Positions 14,825 to 29,301 of a DNA stretch of 64,000 bases are shown here, one piece after another. Within the stretch, counting starts at the first letter, position 1. Every line of letters starts with the position of its first letter. Source of the DNA: the human T2T-CHM13v2.0 reference genome, Homo sapiens; the NCBI RefSeq assembly GCF_009914755.1, contig NC_060937.1. The stretch is one strand, 5' to 3'. The notes below the pieces were generated by a model. That model was not told the DNA's origin. It was given only the letters and a program-made list of their open reading frames with translations, and ran no database searches. The position numbers were made by a program, and so were the translations under genes.

Positions 14825-15391
14825 TGATATTAGTTTTCTATTGCTGCATAACAAATTAGTATGCACTTAGTGGCTTAACACACATTTATTATTTCACTGT
14901 TGTATCCTAGGACTCCAGATATAGTTTAGTGACTCTGTTGACTAAATTGATAATGCAGGCTCTATCTAGGTGTTAGCCAGGGCTGTGGTCTCAACTGAGG
15001 CTCAGGGGTCCTTTCAAACTCACATCACTGTGGGTAGAATTCATTTTCTCATAGCCCTAAAACTCAAAGTGCCTTATTTCATCAATGCCACCAAGAAAGT
15101 CTCAGCTGCTTCAAGTTTCCTCCCTCTAGACCCTGTTATAAAAAGGCTTGACTGATTAGGTCAGGTCCATGAAAGATTATCGTCTTCTTGAGCCTCACAG
15201 TTGAACTCATTAGGGACTTTAATTTTATCTGCAAAAAAATCCCCTCACTTTCCCTATATAATGTAACATAATCATGGGAGTGGCATCCACCATATTTACA
15301 GGTTGTACTCACACACAAGGTAAGAGGGCTATGCATGGCAAGTATACCAGCAGATAGGAATCTTGGACTATCATAAAATTCTGCCTACCAT
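14825..15391 (-). mobile_element. MLT1 (MaLR) solo LTR
   Basis: 'tattagttttctattgctgcataacaaat...aattctgcctaccata' are typical MLT1 termini. Confidence 0.8.
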
Positions 15392-15429
15392 AGACATAGA
15401 GACCTTACCATGGTTGTTAAAAAAGTTCT

Positions 15430-15870
15430 TCAAACTTATCACTATTCTCTCAGCTCCCATTGATCTACTATTGTTTCTGTTCCTCCAACAGGTCAAGTAA
15501 AATTCAGCCTCATTGCCTCTGGAAATTATTTTCTCTGCTAAAATGTTCTTTTCACAATATTCACATATTTAATTTCCCTTTTACTATTGTTGTCTCATAT
15601 ATAATATTGCAAAAAGTCTTTGATGATCAACTATTAATATTTTTTTGAAAAACTTTAAATCTTATTATTCCTTCTATCCCTTTATTCTGTTTTGAATGTA
15701 TTATTGACTAGAATTATATCACATTGTATTACACTATTAATTAGCTAATATATTTTCTGTCACTACCTTTGCAGCTTAATCTCTATTAGAGAAAGGGACT
15801 ATTCTATTATATTGTGGACCACTTTATCCTTAAACATAATCAGTGCTCATAAATGTATGCGAGACAAAGA
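15430..15870 (+). mobile_element. L2 3' fragment
   Basis: Degenerate L2 3' end ('cagtgctcataaatgtatg'). Confidence 0.45.
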
Positions 15871-16927
15871 AAAACTTGAAGGAAGAGAGTAATAAAAGAA
15901 AGGAATAATTATTTCAAAAAGAATATTTAATCACATAATTTCATATTTATATTTCTTAATGGCTTTCCATTACTTACAGAATAAAATACAAGAAACCTTA
16001 AAGTACTAAAATAAAAAAATACATAATCTTGTTCCTGCCTAACTCCCAAGATTTCTGTCCTACAATTCTGTGATCCATACTCTGAATCAGAGCAGCACTG
16101 AACCTCTCAATACAAAAATCACATGTTTTGTTGTATAATATTTCTCTGTCTTTGCTAATGCATTTACCTTTCCCAGTTAATCTGCAGTAATCATTTACCT
16201 AATCCTGAGATTTCTTTCCACAGAGAGTATCTCTACTCAAGTTTGTGACTGAGATAGGCGTTCCTTTTATTTGCTTGTCTAATAAAGCCAACCTAGTTTG
16301 ATAATTGGGTTAGATATTTTTATTATTTTCCAGTACATATGGATCTGTTTTACCATAAAGGTGATCAAAATTAGAAATTAAGTTTTATTCCTTGATCTTT
16401 TTGTAAATTGATTTGTTCCAATTTTTAAAATAAGATAAAATTTAATATTGGTTATAATCTCAATTTTAGAGATTCTTCTGCAAGCTTGGATAAACATTTA
16501 TCAAATGTGGTAATTAATTATGAAGGTAATTACATTATTAATTAAGATAAATAATACATTCATGAAATAAAGAAATTCACTATGCCCTTTTGTTGTCAAT
16601 TCCTCCCAAACCCAGCCCCTAGTAACAACTGATCTGTTTATTTCTCTAGCTTAACTCTTCCAAGAACATAGTATATATCAAATTTAAAAATATGTATCTT
16701 TTGAGTCTGGTTTCATTTAACTTTTCATAATGCATTTGTAATTAATCTTTGTTGCAGCATGTATTAAAAGTTTGTTGTTTTTATTGTTGAGTGGTAGTCC
16801 ATTGTAAGATGTACCCTAGGGTATGCATCCTTTCCTCTGTTAGGGTATTTTTTTATTCTCTAAATTATTAAAAAATAAAATAAAATCTTTATATGCATTC
16901 AAGTACTGGGTTTTGTGAGAAAATACC

Positions 16928-17088
16928 TTTTTTTTTTTTTCCAATTGACAGTGTCTTTTTACATTTCTCAGGCTGGAGTGCAGTGGCCTGATCATACCTC
17001 ACAAAAACCATAAATTCCTGGGCTCAAGGGATACTCCTGCCTCAGCTTACCAAGTTGCTGGGACTACAGGAGCACAAAACCATGCCTG

Positions 17089-17136
<48 letters not shown>

Positions 17137-17263
17137 TTATCTTTGTAGAGCCAGTGTCTCTCTCTGTTTCCCAGGCTGGTCTCAAATTCCTGGCCTCAAG
17201 CAATACTCCTGCCTCAGCCTCCCAAAGTGTTGGGATTACAGGCATGAGCCACCACACCTGGCC
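16928..17263 (-). mobile_element. AluJ with (TAT)n expansion in the central linker
   Basis: J-type sequence ('ctgggctcaagg', 'ctggcctcaagcaat'); ~16 ATT units at ~17088-17135. Confidence 0.9.
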
Positions 17264-17583
17264 TGAGCACACTTTTCCTATTTGCTTGGGAAATACCTGG
17301 GAGTTGGTTTACTGGGTTATATTGTAAGTTTTTGTTTTAACTTCAAAATAAACTGAAAAATACATTTGCAAAGTGGCTATACCATTTTGCATCACTATCA
17401 ACAATATACGATATTACTGGACAGTCCCCTTGTCAGCATTTGCTGTTGTCAGGATTTTTAGCCATTCTATCTGTGTATATATACAGATATGAAATCACAA
17501 GTATATCATTGTTAGTTTAATTTCATTAAAAACTAATAGTGGTTATTATTAATGCCACTACTTTGAGATTAGTGGTATTATTA

Positions 17584-17861
<278 letters not shown>

Positions 17862-19503
17862 TGAATAATGATAAGCATATGTCTGTATGTACATTTACCA
17901 TCCATATATCTTAGGTGGAATGAACGTTACAGTATCTTGCCAATTATTAAAAATTGTGTTGTTCATTTTCTTATTATGTATTAGAGTTCTTTCCTTTTAA
18001 AGCTAGTCCTTCATCAGAAATGAATTTGAAAATATCTCTCAGTCCTGGATTATATTTTCATCCTTTTAACGGTACTTTTAAGAGAACAGATCTTAATTTT
18101 GATAAAGTCCACTAGAGTAAGAAAAAAAAAAAAAAGCTGGTGTGTAATATGGAAGATAAGAAATCTTGGCTCACCCCAGAGTTATAAAGATTTTCTGATA
18201 TGTTTTTGGCCTTAAGTTCAAAAGTTAATTTTAGAATACTCTAGGAAATTAGAATAGAGTTTTTTTTAATGTATGTATATCCATTTGTTTGAGCACCATC
18301 TGTTAAAAAGGCTGTCTGTTCTCCCTTGAATGACCTTTCTCATTTTCTATATAAGTTGACCATATATGCGTGGCTCTATTTCTGAACTCTCTTCTGTTCC
18401 ATTGATCTATATGTATTCTCTTTATCCAAAACCGTGTTGTCTTGACTAACACAATTTTTTTAGTGCCTGGAAAGCATGAAGCTTGAGTCTTCCAACTTGT
18501 TCTGCTTGTTCTTCCTTGGATTCCTCATTCTGTTTTCTTTTTATATAATTTTGAATTAGTTTGTTGATTTATAAAAAACAAATTCTGCTGGGATTTTGAT
18601 TTGAATTGTGTTAAATCTGTAAGTTAAATTTTAGAGAATGGAAATCTTAACAATATGGAATATTCTACTCCATGAACATGCTATATCTCCCTATTTGTTT
18701 AGGTCTTCTGTGATTTCTGTTATCAGTGTTTTGCAGCTTTCAGTGTACAGATAGATAGATGTTTCCTATAGTTTATAGGTTTTATACTTAAATATTTTAG
18801 TTTTGATGCTATTAATATGGTACTGTTAAAATTCAACTTTTCTTTTTTTTTACTATTATATTGAAATACTTTTTTTTAAAAAAAAACACTGGCCTTGTGC
18901 CTTGCAAGTTTGGTAAATTCATTTCTCAGTTCTATATGATTTTTGTAACTTCTTTTTGTGTTTTTATGTAGACATTTATGAAAAGTGGAAGAAGAGGCAA
19001 TTTTATTTTTTTCTTTACAATGTATATACTTTTATTTCTATTTCTTATCTTATTACCCTGGCTTTATCTCCAGTAAGATGTAAAATATGAGTGGCGAGAG
19101 TAAACACCCTCATCTTTGAAGGGATTATTAGCCCACCAAAGTGCTATGAAAATTACTTCAAAATGAAAATATCTGAACAAACAGCAGCACATGGAAAAAA
19201 AAAAGAGTATGTAAATTTAAACAGAACCTCTAAAAAATACAGCTGTATTGGCCCTCCTCTCAGAGAGTTTTCTGATTTGGAAAAGATGGACCCTTAGCAT
19301 GGGGACGTACAAATTCAGCTGTCTGTTAGCATCAAACAAACCAAGATAACTTTTCAAATTTCCCCAGTGAAACCCTGAACTCTCCTACTCATTTTGCAAA
19401 CCTTAGAATATCACAAGCCTGTTATTTCTGTGTGTGTGTGTTTTTACCACTTTACACAACACTGTTTCTGCCTATAAGCCAGTGCACACATGAGTAAACC
19501 TCA

Positions 19504-22440
19504 TGGTTTAACATAAGCAAGTAAATAAATGTGATACATCACATACACAGAATTAAAAACTAAAATGATATGATTGTCTCACTAGATGTAGAAAAAGCTC
19601 TTGACAAAATCCAGTTTCCTTTTATGGTAAAAACTCTGAACAAACTAGGCATAGAAGAAACATACTTCAAAATTAAACAAAAAAGCCATATATAACAAGC
19701 TCACAGCCAACATCATACTAAATGGGGAAAAGTTGAAACATTCCCCCTGAGAACTGGAACGAGACAAGGATGCCCACTTTCACCAGTTCTATTCAGCATG
19801 TACTGGAAGTCCTCCTAGCTGGGACAATCAGGCAAGAAAATAAAGGGCATCCAACTTGGAAAAGATGTCAAACTATCTGCTGATGATAACATCATATACC
19901 TAGAAAACCCCAATGACTCCTCTTTTCAGATTCTAGACTTCATAGATGCATTCAGTAAAGTCTCAGATTACATAATCAATGTGCATAAATCAGTAGCACT
20001 GGTAGATACCAACAATGACCAAGCTGAGAAAAAAGTCAAGAATTCAACCCCTTTTACAATAACTGCATTAAAAAAAAAAAACCCTAGAAATATACTTACC
20101 AAAGAAGGTGAAAGATCTCTGTAAGGAGAGCTACAAAACACTGCTGAATGAAATCATAGATGACACAAACAAATAGAAATACATTCCATGCTCATGGATT
20201 GGAATAATCAATATCTTAAAAAATGACCATACTGCCCAAAGCAATCTACAATGAATCAATGCAATTCTGATAAAAATACTAACATATATTTTTATAGAAT
20301 TATGGAAACCAATTCTAAAATTCATATGGAACCAAAAAAGAGCCTAAATAGGTAAAGTAATCCTATGCACAAGAAACAAATCTGAAGGCATCATATTACT
20401 GGACTTCATATTACCAAAACAGCATGGTATTGGTATAAAAGTAGGTACATAGATCAATGTAACAGAAGACAGAACCCAGAAATAAAGCCAAATACTTACA
20501 ACCAACTGATATTTGACAAAACATGAAAAAACATAAATTGGGGAAAGGATACTCTATTCAATAAATGGTGCTGGGAAAACTGGCAAGCCAATTGTAGAAG
20601 AATGAAACTAGAAACCTATCTCTCACCTTATACAAAATTTAACTGATGATGGATAAAAGACTTACATCTAAGACCTGAAAACATAAAAATTCTAGTAGAA
20701 AACCTAGGAAAAACTCTTCTGGACATTGGCTGTGGCAAAGCATTTATGACTAAGACCCCAAAGGCAAACATAATTAAAACAACAATAAATAAATTGGACC
20801 TAATTAAACTAAAAAGCTTTTGCATAGCAAAAGAAATAGTCATCAGAGTAAACAGATAACCCACAGAATTGTAGAAAATATTTGCAAACTGTGCATCTGA
20901 CAAAGGACTAATATCCAGAATCTACAAGGAACTCAAACAAATCAGCAAGAAAAAAAAATAATAATAATCCCATCGAAAAGTGGGCAAATGACATGAGCAG
21001 ACATTCCTCAAAAGAAGATATACAAATGGCCAAAAAACATTTGAAAAAATGCTCAACATCACAAATTATCAGGGAAATGCAAATTAAAACCACAGTGAGA
21101 TATCACCTTACTCCTGCAAGGAGGTCCATTATTAAAAAGTCAAAAAACAATAGATGAAATGGATGTAGTAAAAAGGGAATGCTTATACATGGCTGATGGG
21201 AATGTAAATTAATACAATCTTTATGAGAAATGGTATGGAGATTTCTTACAGAACTAAAAGTAGATCAACTGTTGATCCAGCAATCCTACTACTGGGTATC
21301 TTCCCAAAGGAAAAGAAGTCAGTATATCAAAAAGACACTTGTATGCATGTGTTTATTGCAGCACAATTCACAGTTGCAAACATAATGAAACCAACCCAAG
21401 TGTCCATTAACCGATGAGTAAATTAAGAAAGTGTGGGAACTATACAGCATGGAATACTACTGAGCCATTAAAAAGAATGAAATAATTCTTTCGTAACAAC
21501 TTGGATGAAGCTGGAGGCCATTACTTTAAGTGAAATAACTCAGGAATGGACAACCAAATAGAGAATGTTCTCATGTATAAATGGAAGCTAAGTTACAGGT
21601 ATGCAAAGCCATGCAGAGTGGTAAAATGGACTTAGGATATTCAGACGCGGGTGGGTGGGGAGGAAGGATAAAATACCGAAGCGGGTCATTGTCTGTGGTG
21701 AACACCCAGGGTTTGTCCTCTCGCGCCAAGAGGATAAATGACACAGACACACAGGAGGAGTGAGTATAGGAGCTTGGGCACTAATAGGCAAAAGAAAGAG
21801 AAAGGAAAGCAGCTCTCTCTCTGCTAGAGAGAGCGGTGTCCGAAAGGGAAAAGCCAGCCTGCGGCAGACTGCACCAAATTTCACAGGCAGGCTTGAGGGG
21901 GCGATGTCTGATTTACATAGGGCCCACAGATTTGTTGGTCAGGGGTGACATTTACATAGTACACGGGGAAGGCTGGCCACCCCACCCTAATCTTATTATG
22001 CAAATGGGCTTTCCACTTGGTGGCCATGTTGTCTGCTTCTTACCGTACACGTGGCTGACAAAGAGCAGGGAAGATGGAGCCACCATTCTGAACCTGCCCA
22101 GTCCCAGGTAGCCTTTTCCTATCAGTACAGCTGCCAGCATTCGCCCACGCAAGCTTCCAGCTTTCTTGTGTATGTTTTCAGTTCGATTTTACAGGCTGCT
22201 CTCTGTTAGAAAAGGAAATGATTTGGGGGCTGCTTTTCATTAAAAGGAAAACCCTGCAGAGGACTTCTTTACCCTCACTATCTGCCTACATAATTTCTTT
22301 TTAACTCCTATATCAGTACTACATATTGGGTACAATGTGTACTACATAGGTGACAAGAGCACTAAAATCTGACTTCACCACTATACAATTCATTCATGTA
22401 ACCAAAAAACACTCATATCCCCAAAGCTATTGAAATTTAT
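19504..22440 (+). mobile_element. 5'-truncated L1PB (PB3/PB4-like) ORF2 + 3' UTR
   Basis: Sense ORF2 DNA ('ccccctgagaactggaacgagacaaggatgcccacttt', degenerate FADD region ~19875) with many stops; 3' end 'ccccaaagctattgaaat'. Confidence 0.92.
21677..22315 (-). mobile_element. ERV1 solo LTR (LTR9-like) in the L1PB 3' UTR
   Basis: Minus strand starts tgatataggagttaaaaagaaattatgtaggcagatagtgaggg. GC-rich, 639 bp, 4-bp TSD atac/gtac; L1 3' UTR resumes after it. Confidence 0.8.
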
Positions 22441-22995
22441 TCATAGATAGATATTAAAAACCTGTGTTTTTTTCTGTTAATCTGTATATTGTAATTTCAT
22501 TTGTAGGCCCCCAAACACTAGACCCAAGTTGTAGGAGTAAAATTTTCCTGTCCTGTTTTGGCAAGGAGGAGGGGATGGTTTATACTCTTAGATTACCCTT
22601 AAGACTCCTGCTGAGATGTTGGATACTATGACCAAGCTGGCAAAGGTAAACCTTTTACCAGTCAGACCCCTGAATCTCTGCTCAGGGTCCTGAGCAAAGG
22701 CAATAAAAGCCACTCCTATTTTTTTCCAAAGAGTATTTTCTAAAATTTAGATTTAAAGGAGAAAAATTTTGGTTAGAACTAGTTTTTTTGTATACTGTGA
22801 CTCTTCTTGCAGATAGCCATTATGTATCCATTTGTCACTGTCTCTTGTGCTATAATTTTGTGTTGTGCTGTCTAAACCGTGTTGTTTGTTTCCCAAGAAT
22901 TTAGCTGTGCAACTCAAAAAGAATGTTTTCTCTGGATTTTGGCCTGCTGGGAGAGAGGTGACAAATTGTCAGGTCTGTGCTCAGACGTGGACAAC

Positions 22996-24290
22996 CATCA
23001 GAAGGAAAACATTTTCTTTCATGATGAAGTATGATATTTACTCTCTACTCATTAGCAATATGTAGGAGTGGGCATTCTATTGCCAGTGTACTGAGAGCTT
23101 TTAACATGAATGATGTTGACTTTTTTGTCAATTTTTTTCTTCTGCATGTAATAAAATGTTAGCGTAGTATTTCTCATGTGCTCTATTAACATGGTTACTT
23201 TCATTGATTTTCTATTGTTGAATCAGTTTTGCATTCCCCAGATAAAACACATTAGCACACAATATACTATTATTTTTAATATTAAAAGCAAATATTAGTG
23301 GATTTGCTTTACTAGTTTTTTTTATTTTTTATTTTTTGGATATTTTTCACCTATATCATGAGGTTTACTGCTTGATAGTTTTATTTTCCTACTCTCTTTG
23401 TTTGGCTTGGCTATCAGTATAAGTCCAGCACCATAAAATAAACTTGTAAATATTCTTTCCTATTCCACATTCCAGGAAAAATCTATGTTAAATTGGTATT
23501 ATGTCTTCCTCAAATAATTGGTATAACTAATCTGGATAGCCACCTGGGTAAACAGTTTTCTTTGTTAGAAAATTGTTAGCTACAAATTTAAATCTTAAAA
23601 GATATAAAATATTTAGGTTATTTAATTCTTCTGGAGTAGTTTGTACATTTTACGGTATTTGCCCATTTTAGAGAAGTTGTTGGATCTATGAATATAGAGT
23701 TGTTTTAATTTTTAAATTAATATTCTTTTCATATATGCATGTTCTGTGATGTCACCTCTTTCATTTTTATTATGTGTATTTTGTGTCTTATCTCTGTAAA
23801 ATTTTCTTTGTCAATTATGCTAAAACTTCAATTTTGTTAATTTTTTTTTCCAGAAAACCAGAGATTGGTTTTTTTGTTGTTATTTGTTTGTATTTGGTTT
23901 TTTGAGGCAGAGTCTCACTCTGTTGCCCAGGCTGGAGTACAGTGACATGAACTGGGCTAACTGCAACCTCCACCTCCCAGGCTCAAGTGATTCTCATGTC
24001 TCTCCTTCTCAACTAGCTGGGATTACAGGTGCAGGCCACCATGCCCATCTAATTTTTGTATTTTTAGTAGAGATGGGGTTTTGCCATGTCACCAGGCTGG
24101 TCTGGAATTCCTGGCCTCAAGTAATCCACCTGCGTTGGTCTCCTGAAGTGCTGAGATTACAGTTGTGAGCCACCACACCTGGTCCAGAGATTAGTTTTTA
24201 AAAATGTCTTTACTTAGTTTTCAAGAATGTTAAGAATTTCTTTAGTAGATCTTTCTGTCTACTTGTTTTTACTTTAACTTGTTATTCTTT
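22996..24290 (-). mobile_element. Continuation of the old L1M, containing an Alu
   Basis: Antisense ORF2 motifs ('ttgttgaatcagttttgcattcccc', 'ttaaattggtattatgtcttcc'). Confidence 0.7.
23873..24184 (-). mobile_element. Full-length Alu (J or old S)
   Basis: TSD cagagattggtttt (23859-23872) / cagagattagtttt (24185-24198). Confidence 0.93.
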
Positions 24291-25729
24291 TTTGAGTATT
24301 AGGTTGCACCTTAAATCTTTCCATCTTCCAAAAGCATATTGTAGTTCCTTGACACTTGATGATTGCTCTTGCTTTGATGCAGAGGGTACAAGAGACTTAT
24401 TCTTTATTGTTCTTACTCACTGTAAGTCTCAGATAGGCACTGTATCCCCGGCCCTGGATTGTGGTGCCTTCTTTGTGATTCTTTTACTTTTCCACCTGTG
24501 TATCTGGTTTCAGGATATATCTCTGCCCCTCTCCTATGAATACACAGGTCTTTTCAATTCCTCCTCTCTTCTTTTTCCTTGAACTGCAATGGGTTTTCAC
24601 CAATGTCATAAGGGCAAGGGAGTTTCTTGCCCCTTTCTAGCATTTTAAGGCTTTTTTCTATTATGCATGATAGAAATGTTTATGTGGGGCTCAAGCAGCA
24701 GCTGCTATTCCTTCCCTAAGGCCCACACAAGAGTGTTGATTTATTAGTGCTATCACCTTCCCCCCCACCTTTTTTTTTTTTTTTTTTTTTTGGTGAGGCT
24801 CCAAAATGTACAATTTCCAATTTGTATCTGCATCCCCCAGGGATTTGTATTCTCCCACTTGTCCACACTTTTCCTTTTACAAATCGTTCAAATTCTAGCT
24901 AAATCATGTATTTTCTCACTACCCAGACATGTCTTCTCTACAGAAGTAACTACTTATAACTGATGCTTTCATGGAAGTACTGTCTTTCATTAAATTTTGG
25001 TCAGTTGGTTTACCAGTGATCTACTTCCCTGATGCATTCAAGAGGACTTGTAAATTTGCAGGTTGTCTAGCATTTTTTCATAGGTGTAGAAATGTTCTTT
25101 CAATTTTATCAACATTCAAGGTAGAAGTTACACAATACTGATATTTTAAAACACAGGCTCTAGTATACAGCATGTCTTAAGACAGTCTCTCAATAAAGGC
25201 TTATTTAATGAATTATTTGTGGTATTTTATATATTATAGATGATTAAATCTTTGGAGTAGTATTCAAATTACATTTATGGATTTAGAGGGCTATGCCATG
25301 AAAGACTCCTACAGTAGTTATAAAAATTAATCAGTATGTTTAGGGGAAAATCCAGCAACAGAAACACAGTTACTGTGGTTTGACTATTTTATTAATGATG
25401 AGTGTTTAGGAATATTTAGCAGGACTGATGGTGAAGCAAAATGGTGTTTTCAATTCTGGAGGTTTGGCTGATGAACTGCTTCCTAGAGGTATGCTACAAG
25501 AAACAAATGTGTTCTGAATGTAAAATGACACACTAATCCCTGGATGGGAGTATTAAAAAAGTTCGTTGGAAACTACTTTGATCATCTTCTACTCAAATAT
25601 ATTTTTATCAGGTTTTTTGATTCCACTGTGCCAGGCTCCTGACCTCAATTAACATTTCAACCATAGTCATTATTGATTATTTGCATATTTTCATTTAAGA
25701 TTTATTTATATAATGATATTGATAGTAAT

Positions 25730-25925
25730 AATAGTTATGTATATAACATTTTTCTTGTGAGAGACACAGTTTAAAGTATAATACGTATATTTTTAATACT
25801 TAAAATGCCCTAGGGATTAAGTATTGTTATCCATAATCTATGGATGAAGAAACTGAGGGAGAGAGAAGCTGAATAACTTGTCCAAGTTCACAGATTGTAA
25901 GAGTTACAACATAGTTTGACCTATT
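25730..25925 (-). mobile_element. MIR
   Basis: Core 'ggatgaagaaactgagggagagagaagctgaataacttgtccaagttcacag'. Confidence 0.8.
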
Positions 25926-26120
25926 AAGAAATGTTTGAAAATAATGGCCAGATATTGTGGTATTTCTCCAAGTAAGAATCTATCATTTATTTCTCAAGTG
26001 CAGAGTGGAGAATAGCTGTTTCACAGACATATATAGCAGGCTATTAAAGGTCATGAGGTAGGAAGAACTGATCAAAGACTAAGTCTCTATGCTCAGTAAA
26101 ACCCAGTTTTTCATGGAGGG

Positions 26121-26489
26121 TGTATTAGTCCATTCTCACACTGCTGTAAAGAAGTACCTGAGACAGAGTAATTTATGAAGAAAGAGGTTTAATTGACTCA
26201 CAGTTCCACAGGCTGTACAGTTCCACAGGCTGTACAGGAAACACGGCTGGGAAGCCTCAGGAAACTTACAGTCACGGTGCAAATTGAAGGCGAAGCAAGC
26301 ACATGGCCATAGGAGAGAGAGTGAGTGAAGGGGGAGGTGATACATGCTTTCAAAAATCAGATCATGTGAACTCTATCATGAGATCAGCAAGGGGGAAGTC
26401 CAGTTAACTCCCACCAGGCCCCTCCTCCAACACTAGGGATTATAATTCAACATGATATTTGGGTGGGGACACAGAAGCAAACCATATCA
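26121..26489 (-). mobile_element. MSTA-like solo LTR
   Basis: tgtattagtccattctcacactgct...aaaccatatca; TSD gaggg/gagag. Confidence 0.9.
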
Positions 26490-27269
26490 GAGAGGATTCC
26501 TCTGGACCCAGGGTGGACTTACGTATGAATTTCAAGGGGTATTTGATGGGGTGAAATAGCACCATCGAGATGAGTAATAAAACTCAGATGTGAAAAAGGA
26601 AGTATCCCAGTGTCTTCTCAAAACTACTCATGCCCATCAACTTCACAGATAAAAGAAGATTTGGTCCTCTGGGCCTAAATTAGATACGCGCCTGTGGGCC
26701 CAAGTCAGATATGACTCAGGAGGATAGAACAGACTGTTGTAGACTATAGTCACAATAAGTGTAGGACAAAAATGGATCATTCTTAGGCATTGATACACAT
26801 GAGGAGTGGCAAGCTGAGAGAAGAAGTTTGAATATAGCTAAATAAATATGAACTTTACTAAAAACACTTATTACAAAAGACTGAATATATAAGAAATTAC
26901 TGGAAAAAAATTAAAACAATGCTCAGAGTCCATAAATTACCTTCTATAAAATATAGAAATGATGATGTTTTACCTCCTGAGGTTTGTGATTCTTAGTATT
27001 ATGCTACATCATACCTGGTAAATATGTTAAATTTTTTAAAAAGTTCATAGACGAAGTCAAATCTTCATAAAAAGTAAGGGAAGTATAAATAGAACAAAGT
27101 ACCTAACATACTGGTTCCCATTCGCTCCTCACATCCACTGAAAGCACAGCTACCAGCTACTTTAGCGTCAACACTAATTTCTGGTAACTACTGACAACTG
27201 TAACCTAATATGATTGGCCAAAAACGTGTATTTTTCCTTTTTGCTTTACTCCACCTATAAGCTTCACTT

Positions 27270-28230
27270 TAGCAAAAATATATTAAAAAACTGTTTTTAC
27301 TGGATTTTTCTAGTTCCCATGATTAGAGTCAACATTTTGATGACTGATCACCTGATCACCATCTCTAAAGCTACTATTCTCTTATGAAACCTGAGTTTCC
27401 CTCATCAATTCTTACTTAGTTCTAGAGATTTCTAACTTCACTTTGTTTTCTCTGTAGCCTGAACTTCTTGACAAATTGCTTCAAATGTACTCTCAACCCC
27501 AACCTTAATTCCTTTAGCTTTATCATCCTTCCACAGCATGTCTTGTTAAAACTCTTCACACGGTGAATCTAAACATCTGCTTTCTCCATTCCTACCCTCA
27601 AGCCCCTGAAACATGTTGGAAAAAATTACATAACTGGTCTGACTAGTGCCAAAGAATAGTCGTCGTTTCAAATTCCAAACTCATGGGAACTTCAACAGTG
27701 CTCAACAGTGGTATTATTTACCTCAACTTAGTCTTCTTTCAGTGAAGTGGTTGCTGTGAAGTGCCTTATCTTCATTCTGTCTAAATTAATTGCCTACATT
27801 CCAATAGATAGTTTACTTCATAATGCATATGGAAAATAAAACCACTTAAGTGTGGCTTCTCTTAATACCTCCATCATGCCCTGGGTCACCTTCCTGAATG
27901 TTTAATTCCCAATTTCCCCCAAGTTGCTGTATTTTATACAGAATTTTAATGTACTTATTTTATTTCTGAATCCTTCTTTTTCTTTATATATTTACCTAAG
28001 GTCTCCCCTTCATCAACAAACATCTTGAAGGGATAGTCCATGCTCACTGAAAATAGTTTCTTAATTTATGTACATTCTCTGCCTATGAAGACCACAATAA
28101 ATCCTATGGAAAATGTTGTTAAAAAGTAATCAACAGCCTCATCTGTCTGGTATTAATATCTTAATCTTGAATCAGATGTGTATAGAATTGTAACATTTTA
28201 TTTTTCTCATAGTTAAAATCAAATATTTTG
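27270..28230 (+). mobile_element. L2 ORF2 fragments
   Basis: Pyrimidine-rich degraded L2-like sequence ('tctgactagtgcc', 'aaacatcttgaagggatagtccatgctcactg'). Confidence 0.5.
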
Positions 28231-28665
28231 CCATCTCATTCCCTGTCCTACATAGATTATACTCTTACATTCTACAAACAGCTCACCCTGGTAGATTTTA
28301 TTTTCTTTAGTTTACCAAAGAGAAAATTAAGGTCAAACCCTGTCCAAGTCTCTCCAGAACCAGAGCTTCTTACACCACACTACACTACCCCTACTACCCG
28401 CATGCTAAGATCATTTCTGTATGACCACTGAAACAAGAAGCAGAACCTGGCCTTTATTCGACCTCGGCTAGGTATGTGCACATTACACAACTCAAATTTA
28501 TTGCTACTTGAGTATCTGTGAATTGATCACAAAATTTCAGCCAGTATTCACTTGGGAAAACAAATTTTAGCCAGTAGGCAAATTTGCAAATGCAGATCAT
28601 GTATAATGAAGACCCACTCTATACATCTTATGTCAGACACACATGTGAGTGCTTGCTTATATGTG

Positions 28666-29301
28666 CAGCAGGTCCTCAAATAATGTCATTTTCTTTCATT
28701 ATGATTTGATGAAAAGGAAAAAAAATCACTTTCCAGCCAGGGCCATTGTCTATGTGGAATTTGCACATTCTCTCCATGTCCTCGTTTATTTTATCCAGGT
28801 ATTCTGATTTCCTCTCACATCCCCAAGATGTGCATGTTAGGTTAATTGGTGTTTCCACAGTGTCTCAGGATGAAAGAGAGTGTGTGTGTGTGTGTCCACG
28901 TGTGTGTGTCCTCCACGTGTGTGTGTCCACATGTGTGTCCCCTGAGATGGAATGGTGTCCTGTCCAGGGCTGATGCACATCTACTGTCCTGAGCTGCCTA
29001 GATAGACTATGGCCAATTGCAACCCTGAAATGGAATAATTGGGTGAATAATTATCTTACTTGTTTTTATTAATCTTTCTTAAATTTATGTATAGCTCACA
29101 TTTATTTCAATGGTTAATATTAGAAGTGTTTTGATCTTTATTTAGAAGTTTGGTGATGTTATTGTAACCAGAAATATACTGTAGGAAATTAACTCCTGTT
29201 TATATAAATTAGCTTATAGTAAAATTTGTTTTGTTATACATCATTGTTCTTAAAGTTGCAGTGTCTAGGAACCTATGGATGACATTAAGTAGGACTTACT
29301 G
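28666..29301. mobile_element. Tigger3-like (TcMar-Tigger) non-autonomous DNA transposon
   Basis: Imperfect terminal inverted repeats cagcaggtcctcaaataatgtc / gacattaagtaggacttactg; TA on the right flank. Confidence 0.85.

Larger units (their letters stand above)
19118..22995 (+). mobile_element. ERV1-like LTR plus start of internal region, split by L1PB (parts at ~19118-19503 and ~22455-22995)
   Basis: Begins 'tgaaggg'. The 3' part has 'aaacctgtgttttttctgttaatctg...ttttcctgtcctg' followed by 'ttttggcaag' (PBS-like position). The host L1M resumes at ~22996. Confidence 0.5.

Noticed and set aside
17055-17327. Poly-tyrosine ORF
   Set aside because: Translation of the (TAT)n microsatellite within an Alu.
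28880-28940. Repeated CACGTG E-boxes
   Set aside because: They sit in a degenerate (GT)n tract inside a Tigger3-like element and are likely slippage products.
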